64,000 bases of DNA, from positions 162,494 through 226,493 of the forward strand of contig NIVC01001608.1 in NCBI GenBank assembly GCA_002269645.1, given 5' to 3'. The notes beneath the pieces are model-generated. The model ran no database searches, had not been told where the DNA came from, and was given only the letters and a program-made list of their open reading frames with translations. Below, in pieces: positions 21,840 through 33,790 of the stretch; the first letter of the stretch is position 1, and the number at the start of each line of letters is the position of its first letter. Source of the DNA: Macrostomum lignano. Its lineage: Eukaryota. Both the position numbers and the translations under genes were made by a program.

Positions 21840-24800
21840 TTAATAATAAACGGGCGTTCCATAACGCTGCGGAACCCTTCGATCCCTCTGGGGTCGACCT
21901 TCGATGACTTCAACTGGCGCTTCCGGCTGCGGCTGCACTCCTGGCTGCTGCACATCCATTGGTTCTCCCTCCTCTCGAACCCGCCCGGAATGTCGCCACC
22001 ATCGCTCCTCATCCTCATCGTCCGATTCCTGCGAGTCCTCCCTGACGGATTCCGTCTCTTGAGCAGGACCTGGGTGGTACCTCCTTGGTGCAGGACGCCG
22101 AGGGCCACCGGTGCCGTCGACCGGGTACTTCCGGTACCGAGGCAGGAGGTTGTTAAAGTGCACCACCTTGATCGGCTTCCGTCGACCTTCCTGTCGAATC
22201 CTATAGCGCGTCTCCGACAGCTTCTCGAGAACTACGGCAGGTCCGGTCCAGGGTGAGTGGAGCTTCGCTTTGGCACCGGCCTTCAACACGGGGTTGTAGA
22301 CGAACACCTCGTCGCCAGCCACGAATTCTCGACCCTTCACCTTCCGGTCGTACCAGTCTTTCTGCACTCGTTGATATGACGTTATTCTCTCACGCACCAC
22401 CCGATGGGCTTCCACGAGCGTCTCCCGCAGGTTCTGGACTTCCTCGCAGTACGGTTCGATGTCCAGTGGGCGCGCCACTCCCAAGTCAACTGGCAGAGAC
22501 ATCTCGCGACCATGCAGAAGGAAGAAGGGTGAGTAGCCGGTGCCGCGGTGCACACTGGAGCGATACGCCATGAGCGCCGGGGCAACGAATTCGTCCCACC
22601 GCCTCTGATCCGGCTCCTTCACCAGGTGCGCCCGGATCACTGCAGTCAGCGTCTTATTGAAGCTTTCCACTTGGCCGTTTCCAGAGGGGTGATAGGCGGT
22701 CGTACGCGTCTTTCGGATATTCAGACTTTCGCACAGCTGGCCGATCAATTGCGACTCGAAATTGGCTCCCTGATCCGAGTGGATTGTCCTGGGGCTCCGT
22801 AGTGACAGACCCACTCCTCGAGCATTGCCCTTGCACAGGTGCTGGCCGTCTGATCTGGCACCGGTACTGCCACTGGCCACTTACTGAACGCGTCCTGCAT
22901 CGTCAGTATGTATTTGTTGCCTCGGACGCTGGTTGGCAGTGGTCCAATCAAATCCACCATCACTCTTTCAAACACATGGCTGCTGGGAATCGGCTCCAAT
23001 GGGGCCTTCCGCCGCATCCCGGGCTTGCTCCGGTTACAGTCGTCACACCTTCGCACAAACTCCTCGACCTCTCGCTTCAAGCCGGGTCTCCAGAATCGGT
23101 TCCTGACTTTCTCCAGAGTCTTTGCTACGCCGAAGTGTCCACCTCCTGGTCCAGAGTGCAGCGTCTGCAGAGCGTCGGGGATCAATTTCTTCGGGAGAAC
23201 AGCCCGCGGTGGGTGACGTCCCAGATCCTTGATGACGAGGGTGTTGTCCACAATTTCCAGCCGAGGCTTTTGTGCCCAGATGGCTCGGGTCGTTGGTGAC
23301 GCACCCCGAGGTGGCTCTTCGTTTGCTCGGCCGGCGTGCATCGACTGGTAAACTGGAGCGATGTCGTTGTCCACAGCTTGTGCTGCTGCCAGCTCATCTC
23401 GGCTGAGCAACCCGAGCAGCGTCGTTACCCTGACCCCGGGGAGGTCATCAGTCCGGCACGACGGGCAGTTATCCATTTCGGGATGTCGTCGCGGCGGCTT
23501 GCGTGACAGCGCGTCCGCATTCTGATGACGCGCCCCTGGCCGATGCTCCACTGCGAAGTCGAATGGCGCCAACCTCTCCATCCACCGAGCCAACTGGCCT
23601 TCCGGCTGCCTCATACTTCGGAGCCACTGCAGACTTGCGTGGTCGGTGCGCACCCGGAACCTCCGGCCAAGTAGATAGTACCGGAACCTCTCTGCGAATG
23701 TCACCAGCGCCAGGAGCTCGATTCGTGTCGTGCAATAGTTGAATTCGGCCCCTTGCAGACGCCGACTCCCGTACGCAATAACCCGCTCTGACCCGTCTTC
23801 TTGTACCTGCGACAAGACTGCTCCGAGACCCTGTCGGGTACTTCCATCGGTATCCAAGATGAACTCACCAGCCGTGGGGTCGAAGTTCGGGTAGGCCATC
23901 ACGCGGCAACCGGTCAATTCTTCTTTCAGCTTTTTGAAGGCCTCATCGTGTTCCTCTCTCCAACTGAACGGCTTGTCTTTCTTTGTCAGATCAAAAAGTG
24001 GTGCAGCGACTATCGAGAATTCTGGTATGAAGTTTCGGTAGTAACCAGCCAGACCCAGGAACGACTGAAGGTCTTTTGCATTTCTTGGAATGCTCCAGTC
24101 ACGGACTTCCTTGATCTTCTCCGGGTCGACATCGATTCCGTCCTTTGACACGACGTGGCCAAGGAATTTGACCTCATCGGCCAGGAATCTGCACTTAGAT
24201 GGCTTTAGCCTCAAGTTGGCTGCGCGCAGGCGCTGGAATACCGCCTCGAGATTCGTTAGATGCTCGCTGACAGTTCGGGACCAAATGATGATATCGTCGA
24301 TGTAGACGAGCGCCATTTTCCACAGAAGGTCGTGTAGTACCATATTCATCAACCTTGTGAATGTCGCCGGCGCATTGGTCAATCCGAAGGGCAGCACCTT
24401 GAACGCGAATTGCCCCCGATGCGGAATGACAAAAGCAGTCTTTTCTTGATCCTCCCTTTTGACCTTAACTTGCCAATAGCCGGAGCAAAGGTCGAGCGTC
24501 GAAAATACAGCCGCACCTCCGAGCGCTTCAAGTGCGTCATCGACACGCGGGATTGCTATGGCGTCCTTGACAGTTCGTTGATTCAACTCTCTGTAGTCGA
24601 CACACAGTCGCAGTTCCCCATTCTTCTTACGGACACAGACCACTGGCGAACTCCACGGCGATTGGGTCGGTTCAATCATCTTCGTTGCCAAAAGCTCGTC
24701 GATTTGTCGGTCGACTTCGCCGCGCCAATGTGGCGGTAGCCGTCGCGGAGGCTGTTTTACGGCTGTTCCGGTGGTCTCAATTTCATGCTGCACGATGTCC

Positions 24801-25837
24801 GTCGTCCCGAGGCGCGCTGTACTCTCTGCGAAAACATCTGCGTATCGATTCACCAATCTTAGGAAACTCGCTTTGTCTGCCCCCGTGAGCTGCTTGGAGC
24901 CGTGCTGGTTCAGTGCCGCCTCTGGGTCCCATGGATCGCAGCTGGGTCGTAAAACCGACGCTTGCTCTTCGATGCTGGCTACCAGAACCTCTTGAGCCGG
25001 ATCTGATGGTCGAAACCAGCCGATGACAGCTCCCTTCCGCAGCCGCAGCTCGGAGTCCGTGACATTCGCGAAGTGAACTGGTAGGGTGTTGCCCTGCTGG
25101 ATGAGGCAGACGCTCCTGGCTAGCATTGGTCTCTCATCGCTCTTCAGTTTTTCGTCTGGCTCGGCGACGCCGAGCACTCCGGAATTCTGTGTCGCTGTTC
25201 TCCGAATCCTGGCTGAGACGGTCCGTTCGTGATTGGCCGGAATGATCAAGTTTTCGTTCAGGTACAACCGGCAGACGACTGGTTTGTGCTTGGTCTCTCG
25301 GATTGGCACACGTGAACCGTTCACGCGGAAAACTCCTCCGGCGAAATCGATTTGGCACCGGTGGCGGCGTAAGAAGTCGGTGCCTAGCAACAGTTCGTAG
25401 CCGACCCCTTGGACCACCGCAATTGGCGTCTGTAAAGTTTCTGATCCGAACTGTAGGGGAAGCGACGCGCATCCTAACACATTCATGGGAGTTCCGTTCG
25501 CTGAGATCAGGTGGGTTTCCGAAGGGCTGAGTTCAACTCGAACCGACTTGCTCAACTGCCGCCAGGTCCTCTCGTTCACCAGCGACATGACCGAGCCCGA
25601 ATCCAACAGACACGGCAACTCAATCTCGCCAATTTTTACCGACACGTAGATTGACACGGGATTAAAAGCTGTTGCAGGTTGATCTCTATCTCTTGAGCAG
25701 TCCGCCGGACATCCTGCTGCACGTCGCTCCGGGGCTGCATCTTCGTCTCGGGTTGGGGCCTCTACTGTCTCGGCGGAACTCCCTCGCCCCTGCGGAAGTT
25801 CCCCTTGCCGTTTCCCTGTTGCTGACGGGTTGGGCAG
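21840..25837 (-). CDS. pol: pol (protease, RT, RNase H, integrase) in the -1 frame to gag, with a 1-nt frameshift at about 22791-22794
   Basis: Motifs LLDSGS, RLCVDYRELN, YIDD, LDTDGS..GLGAVLSQ, H..H..C..C zinc finger, VDLIGP, HSDQG, NGQVE, GYSPF. The integrase is split where GCCCCA lacks one C. Confidence 0.93.
25755..25816 (-). promoter_or_regulatory. Candidate -1 programmed ribosomal frameshift signal
   Basis: G GGA AAC in the gag frame (25816-25810), a 7-nt spacer, then stem GGAACT/AGTTCC. The pol frame is open only from 25837. Confidence 0.75.
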
Positions 25838-26742
25838 TTAGTCGCGATGTGCCCTGGCTTGTTGCAGAAGAAGCAGCGAATTCCTCCCGTTCGTCGAGGC
25901 TTCTGATGGTCGCCTTCGTCGGAGTCGGTCGGTCGAGCTGCGGCGCTGCTATGCGGTTCCGCTCTCAGCGACTCGAGCTGAACTACTTTGCCTTGAAGCT
26001 GCCTCACCAGTTTCTTCAACTCCTCGAGCTCTTTGTCCTTTTCTTGGGAGTAGGCTCCATCCTCCCGAGGCACAGATTCCGCCGCGCCGCTCACCACGAA
26101 GACTCCTCGGTGGCCGCTGCCAGTTGCTCCAGCCGATCTCGGTCCCTTCGCCGCCTTGGACGCCGCCTCGAGCTGCCTCACCGCGCGTTGTGCTGCCACC
26201 AGACCTTCGGGCTGCTGCAGGTAGAGCTTCTCTCGCTGGAGGTCGGAGAGTCTCACCCCTTGCATGAAGCGATCCTTCGCGAGGTCGTCCTGCAGCTCGG
26301 CAGTTGCCGCCGGGTAGGCACAGCGCACCAGTTCAAGGAGAGCATCTGCGTAGGCCTCCAACGACTCGCCATCCTTCTGATCTCGGGTTTTTAGCTCGAC
26401 CTTGCTGTCCTGCTCTGTCCGGTACCGGGAGAAGCGAGCCTCCAACCGGGCGGTGAATCCCTCGTAGTCCAGCGGATCCACAGGATCGTCGGGTCCCGGC
26501 AGGTTCAGATTATCGACCGCAGCGTACGCCGTAGCGAGATCCAGCATGCTCATCAAGTGCTCGCGGCGATGCTCCTCGTCAATCTCGGCGGAGTCGCAAT
26601 AAGCGTTGAAAGAGCGCAGCCAGAGTCGAAAATTCATGCTTGACGTGTACTTCACGGGCTTCGGGAGTCTCGGTGGCTGGGCTGGTCCATCCGCTCACAG
26701 ACGCTCGGCTAGCAGCCGAATCAGTTCGTCCACATTCGCCAT
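25762..26742 (-). CDS. gag: gag (capsid-like region plus CCHC zinc knuckle), with an in-frame TGA at codon 16
   Basis: ATG at 26742 gives MANVDELIRLLAERL*ADGPAQPPRLPKPVKYTSSMNF... in the same frame as the 297-aa ORF. Knuckle CFFCNKPGHIATNC. Confidence 0.88.
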
Positions 26743-26766
26743 GACAGCTCACAAGCAAACTGAGCA

Positions 26767-26784
26767 GTCCCTGTTCGGGCGCCA
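26767..26784 (-). promoter_or_regulatory. Primer binding site complementary to tRNA-Lys(UUU)
   Basis: TGGCGCCCGAACAGGGAC lies 1 nt after the 5' LTR and is the 18-nt complement of the tRNA-Lys3 3' end. Confidence 0.92.
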
Positions 26785-26785
26785 A

Positions 26786-27753
26786 TGTTGTATCCCCCTT
26801 CCTCGCTGGCACGGCCGGGTTGGGCGACGGGTAGCGGTGTCGGGGTTCGGGTACTGGACTGCCCAGGGCTTACGAGCTCGATCGGCGACCCCGAGGCGTA
26901 CGGACACTTCGGGGGGAGGTCAAGGTTGAGAAGTCGAGAGAGAGGGGAGGGGCGGCTGTGGGCGGGCGGCCACTCGACAGCCTGGTGAGTCAAGGAAGAG
27001 AGAGAGGGCTGCGGGCGGTCGGCCACTCGACAGCCTGGTGAGTCAAGGAAAAGAGAGAGGGCTGTGGGCGGGCGGCCACTCGACAGCCTGGTGAGTCAAG
27101 GAAGAGAGAGAGGGCTGCGGGCGGTCGGCCACTCGACAGCCTGGTGAGTCAGACTGAGGAGAGAGTGAGAGAGAGAGAGATCAGGAGAGCGACCCCGAGG
27201 AACACAGGCAATTGTCTCGACAGCTTACCGGGCCGGGTCGATTATAGCACTCATACACGGGAAGGCCGATCGATTGCAATAAATTGAGTCTTCGCAGTAA
27301 GAGACCGTCTCTACGGTTGATCGCTGGTCACGTTCGTTTATTTATCGCGGTGGGCGCAAATGGGCGCAGGCACGGTGAGAAAAGGGGCGGGGTCTGAGCG
27401 TCGCCTTAAATAACGAGTAAAAAGGGGCAGGGGCGCAAACAAGGGGGGGGAGAAAGGGCTTAAACAATGGAGCTGATTGACAGCTGATTGGCTGCGGCGA
27501 GGGGAGGGTGGAAGCGCGCACGGCCAGGGAGAGGGAGAGAGAGCAGAGGCCCAGCCAATCAGCACGGCTAGCCAAAGGGCTAAACAGCCAAGGCGAGAGA
27601 GAGAGAGAAAGAGAGCAGAGGCTCAGCCAAAGGGCTCATAGCTCCAGACTGGCTTGAGCCGGGGGGGGGGGGGGTAACAATAATCAACTACCAAAGTCAA
27701 CAACTATCAAAGTGCACTTGCACCAGGGGAGCACTGTGACACAGGTCACAACA
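26786..27753 (-). repeat. 5' LTR (968 bp)
   Basis: TGTTG...CAACA termini. Minus-strand TATTTAA at 27412-27406, AATAAA at 27342-27337, CCAAT and GC boxes. Identical to the 3' LTR except for three 1-nt homopolymer length differences found by eye. Confidence 0.96.
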
Positions 27754-28298
27754 AGAGTGATAGAATGAATGTCAGAGGTGATAGAATGAGTATCAGAGGT
27801 GATAGAATGAGTGTCAGAGGTGATAGAATGAGTGTCAGAGTGATAGAATGAGTGTCAGAGGTGATAGAATGAGTGTCAGAGTGATAGAATGAGTGTCAGA
27901 GGTGATAGAATGAGTGTCAGAGGTGATAGAATGAGTGTCAGAGTGATAGAATGAGTGTCAGAGGTGATAGAATGAGTGTCAGAGGTGATAGAATGAGTGT
28001 CAGAGGTGATAGAATGAGTGTCAGAGGTGATAGAATGAGTGTCAGAGGTGATAGAATGAGTGTCAGAGTGATAGAATGAGTGTCAGAGGTGATAGAATGA
28101 GTGTCAGAGTGATAGAATGAGTGTCAGAGGTGATAGAATGAGTGTCAGAGTGATAGAATGAGTGTCAGAGGTGATAGAATGAGTGTCAGAGGTGATAGAA
28201 TGAGTGTCAGAGGTGATAGAATGAGTGTCAGAGGTGATAGAATGAGTGTCAGAGGTGATAGAATGAGTGTCAGAGGTGATAGAATGAGTGTCAGAGGT
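27754..28298. repeat. 21/20-bp minisatellite, right part
   Basis: About 26 units directly after the LTR end and TSD. Confidence 0.95.
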
Positions 28299-29170
28299 GC
28301 TAAAACCATTGTCAGGAGTCAGTGACAGGGTCCAGAACCATGCCTGTGATGAACTGTGTCCGGATCGAGCAGCGTCAGGAGCAACAACAGCAAGAGATGA
28401 ATACTTTAACAAAAGCTTAACCTAAAAACGTCAAAAATGGCATTTTTGCAGCAGTAATTTGAGCTCAGGAGACTGCTAGCAGAGCAAGCCGGACACCCGA
28501 GCGGTGACACCCTCAGCCCCATCCCCCATCATGCAGCATCACTGGCAGAAAGAGTCGGTTCTGCTCAACAGAGAGCGCTGTGAATCAATGTTGGCGCAAC
28601 ACACACAAACACCCACACACACACACACACGGAAAAGCTCGACCCCCATCATTACCCTCTAAATATGGATTTTGTTAGCAAATTACCGGAGGCGAACCAT
28701 CGCGCCTTAGGATCGAGAGATCCCAGTGGGCTACTGGGAAGAAGGAGAAACGGGGGGGGGGCGAAAGGAGCTACCGGATACGAATAGGAAGGATTTTACA
28801 ATGCTCCCATTTTTACTAGAAATTGAGCTGGAAATATGGCTTCTGTCGCCTATTCCGGTCAGGGAGCCGCCATCGCACACGGAGCGGTCAGCTCAGAGGA
28901 AATATGCTGCTAATGATTAGCTTTCCAAATTTTCGCCAAGACGAGCTCAGATGCTGATAATAGTTCATTTCAGGATCTTGCTATCCCAGTTTTGTATTTT
29001 GTACTCTGTGTAATTTATATAGCATAATTAGTCTGGAGATTGTGTACCCATGATAATAAGGTTGCATTAGAAAAAACCTAGCTAATAAATGCAAAAACAT
29101 TCAATTACTGATTTTGTGACAATTTTGTATTGGTGCAAGATTCGTTCATATATTTCCAATATACCAAGCT

Positions 29171-29431
29171 GGGTCTCTTTGATCTTTGCCGCGCCAGAAG
29201 TGGGACTGTCTGAATGGGTGCATTGTGACTGGTCGGGTCTCTTTGATCTTTGCCGCGTCAGAAGTGGGACTGTCTGAATGGGTGCATTGTGACTGGTTAG
29301 GTCTCTTTGATCTTTGCCGCGCCAGAAGTGGGACTGTCTGAATGGGTGCATTGTGACTGGTCGGGTCTCTTTGATCTTTGCCGCGTCAGAAGTGGGACTG
29401 TCTGAGTGGGTGCATTGTGACTGGTCGGGTC
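29171..29431. repeat. 64-bp tandem repeat x4
   Basis: Units start at 29171, 29235, 29299 and 29363, with no spacers. Confidence 0.9.
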
Positions 29432-29994
29432 AGTCTGCCTAAAAGTGGAATTGATAGCTACTTGGCGTGAATCAAGCATCAGTCCATTCGACTTCGATTT
29501 CCAAATATGGCAGAGACAGAGCCTCCATTAATGGCCCAGGGGGATCTGGTGTCTATTGCTGCACTCCCTGCAACCCCAGTCCACTCAGTGACGATCACTT
29601 TCCATTCTGGTTTAGCGGCCTTCCGGTCCCGCGCTGCCAGAACTCAAGAAACGGAAGCGCTAGGCAAGCCTGCCTGCCCTTCATCTGCAGTCTTGACCCA
29701 GTGCGCGCGGGTGATTTACGGTTGGCAATGTAGACAGGGCCTCTCTCTGATGGGCGCACCGCGGAAGTCCGCAGCTCCTGCTTGATAGACTGATAGATTG
29801 TTATGACAGAGATGGAAGAAAGGTGACTGTATATTTACATCGTACTACTATACCATATAGTACTCTATTGCCCAATATTTAACGTCAAAAACGTAAAAAA
29901 CTTTGTGAGTACAAGTGTATAAGTATACACGTAATAAAATTAATTACGCATCAATTGGCGAGAAAGAGAGAGAAACGGATGCAAGATAGATAAC

Positions 29995-31085
29995 TAAGAA
30001 AGGAAGAGGGAGAGGTAGACGGAGAGGGAGAAGGAGAAAGAGACAGAGAGGGGAGACAGAGAGGGAAGATACAGAGAGGGGAGAGAGACAGGGGGAGAGA
30101 CAGAGAGGGGAGAGACACAGATGGGAGGGACAGAGAGGGGAGAGACAGAGAGGGGAGATACAGAGAGGGGAGAGACAGAGGGAGAGACAGAGATGGGAGA
30201 GACGGAGGGAGAGACGGAGGGAGAGAGAGGGGGACAGACAGAGGGAGATGGAGAGGGAGAGAGAGAGACAGAGTGGAGATACAGAGAGGGTAGACAGAGA
30301 GGGAAGAGACAGAGAGGGGAGAGACAGAGATAGGAGAGACAGAGGGGAGATACAGAGAGGGAAGAGACAGATGGGAGAGACAGAAAGGGGAGAGACAGAG
30401 ATGGGAGAGACAGAGAGGAGAGAGACAGAGAGGGGAGAGACAGAGATAGGAGAGACAGAGGGGAGATACAGAGAGGGGAGAGACAGAGATGGGAGAGACA
30501 GAGAGGGGAGAGACGGAGATGGGAGAGACAGAGAGGGGAGAGACAGAGATGGGAGAGACAGAGATGGGAGAGACAGATGGGAGAGACAGAGAGGGGAGAG
30601 ACAGAGATGGGAGAGACAGAGATGGGAGAGACAGATGGGAAAGACAGAGAGGGGAGAGACAGAGATGGGAGAGACAGAGATGGGAGAGACAGATGGGAAA
30701 GACAGAGATGGGAGATACAGAGAGGAGAGAGACAGAGAGGGGAGAGACAGAGATAGGAGAGACAGAGGGGAGATACAGAGAGGGGAGAGACAGAGATGGG
30801 AGAGACAGAGATAGGAGAGACAGAGAGGGGGAGACAGAGATGGGAGAGACAGAGATGGGAGAGACAGATGGGAGAGACAGAGAGGGGAGAGACAGAGATG
30901 GGAGAGATAGAGAGGGGAGATACAGAGATGGGAGAGACGGAGGGAGAGACAGAGGGAGAGAGAGGGGGACAGAGGAAGAGACAGAGGGGGGAGATGGAGG
31001 GAGAGGCAGAGAGAGATAGAGAGGGAGACAGAGAAGAAGAGAGGGAGAGGGGGAGAGAGAGATGGAGAGGGAGCTGAGAGGCGGA
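29995..31085. repeat. GA-rich low-complexity composite repeat (GGGAGAGACAGAGAT/G-like)
   Basis: Direct observation. Confidence 0.9.
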
Positions 31086-31736
31086 GAAGTGATGCATCAA
31101 TGGAAATTACCCTCCAATTGAGACGTGTGGCCAAAATTCCCAAAATGCAAAATGCAGTTTTTCTCTGAACTGCATCAGCCAGTTCAAAGAAAATCAAGAA
31201 AATCAATGGCTCTCGTATTAGCATTCATTTTCATAGCTAATTACACGTACTACGAGCAGTGGCTAGCGTAAAAGCACTAAGCTAAGCAAGTTCTTGCTCT
31301 CCGGAGACGCTAAATAGGCCTTTAGCAATCGTAAATGCCGATTATGGAGAGGAGAAAAGTGGAGGCAGCCGCCCGGACATCCGGGTTGCGCCCAGAACGG
31401 CTCCTTTATGTTGATTGATGGCGAGACTTGCTGCAGCTCCGAAGCGCATTGCTCACTTGCTGCTTGTACGGACAGGATGTGCTCAGCGCGGTCAGACATA
31501 AGGGTGCAGTGAGCTTTTTCGCAGCAATAATGCTCAGGTGCTTATTTATAAGTGCTCGTAGTAGCTCGTAAAAGCTTTTCCGGCAAGGTCTCTCAGAATC
31601 TACTCAAATCGCGAAAGGTTTCTCCTTTTTTTAAGCATAGAGATCGCCCAGTATCAGCTCTCACCTGAAGTGCTGAGGCCTTAGTTACTCTCATTATAAG
31701 CTGAAGTCTAAGCGATTTAAAAGTTCAAAGGGGCAA

Positions 31737-31770
31737 AAAGTTAGTTAGTTAGTTCGTTAGTTAGTTATTC

Positions 31771-31801
<31 letters not shown>

Positions 31802-31874
31802 CAGTTATTCAGTTAGTTAGTTAATTAGTTAGTTAGTTATTCAGTTATTCAGTTAGTTAGTTAGTTAGTTAGTC

Positions 31875-31955
<81 letters not shown>

Positions 31956-32262
31956 TTCAGTTAGTTAGTTAGTTAGTTAGTCAGTTATTCAGTTAGTTAG
32001 TTAATTAGTTAGTTAGTTATTCAGTTAGTTAGTTAGTTAGTTAGTCAGTTATTCAGTTAGTTAGTTAATTAGTTAGTTAGTTATTCAGTTAGTTAGTTAG
32101 TTAGTTAGTCAGTTATTCAGTTAGTTAGTTAGTTAGTTAGTTAGTCAGTCAGTTAGTTAGTTAGTTAGTTAGTTAGTTATTCAGTTAGTTAGTTAGTTAG
32201 TTAGTTAGTTATTCAGTTAGTTAGTTAGTTAGTCAGTTATTCAGTTAGTTAGTTAGCTAGTC
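31737..32262. repeat. (TTAG)n microsatellite with TTATTCAG variants
   Basis: Direct observation. Confidence 0.93.
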
Positions 32263-32994
32263 AATTTAACTTGGCAGCGAGCGGAATCGAACCCGGGTAC
32301 AATGGAGCTTTACAGTCGGGAGGGTTACAGCGAACTTAGTTTGCAATAACTGAGTTTTAACTGCTGGGGAATGTTGGACCGAACAAAGGCCAAGGCAGCA
32401 TGCAGAGGCCAGGCGGGCAGCTGATGCTAATTCGCTGATGGATCGCTAAGCTACCTCCCCCTCCCCCCAGTGAAACGTGATTATTGCCCCATTATTGACG
32501 GCCGGAGGTCGCCAAGGGACCAAAGACGAACCCCTGAACCAGGCAGCGCAGCACAAGCGGCGGAATCGAACCCTGAGAGATGTCTTTCCCAGAAACCTCA
32601 GGAAGCTGAAATGCGCGAAGGCAAATAATGGCCAGAGCTTAGGGGAAGATTGGTATTCTGGCGGCCAGATGGAGAGCGATTCGGTTTTTGGCGTAGCAAC
32701 AGCAGCGGCGGCAGTAAGAATTTGACAATTTGACGAGTCTCTGGGACTGTTGGCCAGACTGCCAGCAGCTTCCACAAAAGCCAAATTCTTTGCAAAGGCC
32801 TTCCTCTGGCAGTGCTGTGGCATGCTGCAGGCTGCGTATTTAATAACTTTTAGTCCATGGATAAAAAATGCTGTATAGATGAAGTACAGAAGAATGTAAT
32901 CTACTGTAGCTCGTATGTGAAGCAACGATAAAAAAATTAACTTTCGGCAAAATATCTACAATTTTAATGTTTCGGTATACTGAATGCTTGCAGG

Positions 32995-33305
32995 CGGAAT
33001 GGAGTGGGTGCGGATTGGGGTGGGTGCGGAGTGAGGTGGGTGAGGAGTGAGGTGGGTGCGGAGTGAGGTGGGTGCGGAGTGAGCTGGGTGCGGAGTGAGC
33101 TGGGTGCAGAATGAGGGGGTGCGGAGTGGGGTGGGTACGGAGTGAGGTGGGTGCAGAATGAGGGGGTGCGGAGTGAGGTGGGTGCGGAGTGAGGTGGGTG
33201 CGGAGTGAGGTGGGTGCGGAGTGAGGTGGGTGCGGAGTGAGGTGGGTGCGGAGTGAGGTGGGTGCGGAGTGATGTGGGTGCGGATTGAGGTGGGTGCAGA
33301 TTGGG
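32995..33305. repeat. 16-bp G-rich minisatellite (GGGTGCGGAGTGAGGT)n
   Basis: Direct observation. Ends about 65 nt before the GPCR exon 2 acceptor. Confidence 0.9.
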
Positions 33306-33372
33306 GTGTGTACAGACAGTAATTACGATAAAAGGTGCGAAAATGATCGCTTTAAAACGATTTATCCCGCAG

Positions 33373-33741
33373 CTACGTGGCCATTGTCCACCCGATGCGC
33401 GCCCACCTGTGGTTCTCTCGTCGGCGCACCATCCTAACCCTGGCCTGCTGCTGGTTTCTCGGCCTCGGCTTAGCCTCACAGAGTCTCGTATTCCTCACCG
33501 TGATGCCCGTGCCGCCGCAGATGCACAGGCGCTGTGTGTCCAGATACGCGGACACCCTGGCCGAGCAGATGCGGATCAGCAACGCCATCGGCATGGCGGA
33601 GCTGGCCGTGTTCTACTTTCTTCCCCTGTGCCTGCAAGTGGTGCTCTACAGCCGAATGAGCGCCGCTCTGTTTGGCTCGTTTGGCGCCCACGCTCAGCTT
33701 AGAATCAACTGCGCTGGACAGCAGCAGCAGGCGGTTGCCAG
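33373..33741 (+). CDS. GPCR exon 2 (ERY to ICL3)
   Basis: Acceptor cccgcag. Completes ERYVAIVHPMR, contains the TM4 Trp, ECL2 Cys and TM5 FYFLP...Y. Donor AG|gtgagg. Confidence 0.92.
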
Positions 33742-33790
33742 GTGAGGGCTGATAGATAAGCAACCTTTTTTATTCCTTGATCGTCAGTGC

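Larger units (their letters stand above)
19570..27753 (-). mobile_element. Full-length Ty3/gypsy LTR retrotransposon (8184 bp) with an extra J-domain ORF
   Basis: Two TG...CA LTRs, TSD AGAG (19566-19569 and 27754-27757), PBS, PPT, gag with CCHC, and pol in PR-RT-RH-IN order. Confidence 0.97.

Noticed and set aside
29171-29431. Possible CRISPR array (also considered at 21573-21812 and 33791-34856)
   Set aside because: Units are head-to-tail with no unique spacers, there are no cas genes, and the context is eukaryotic.
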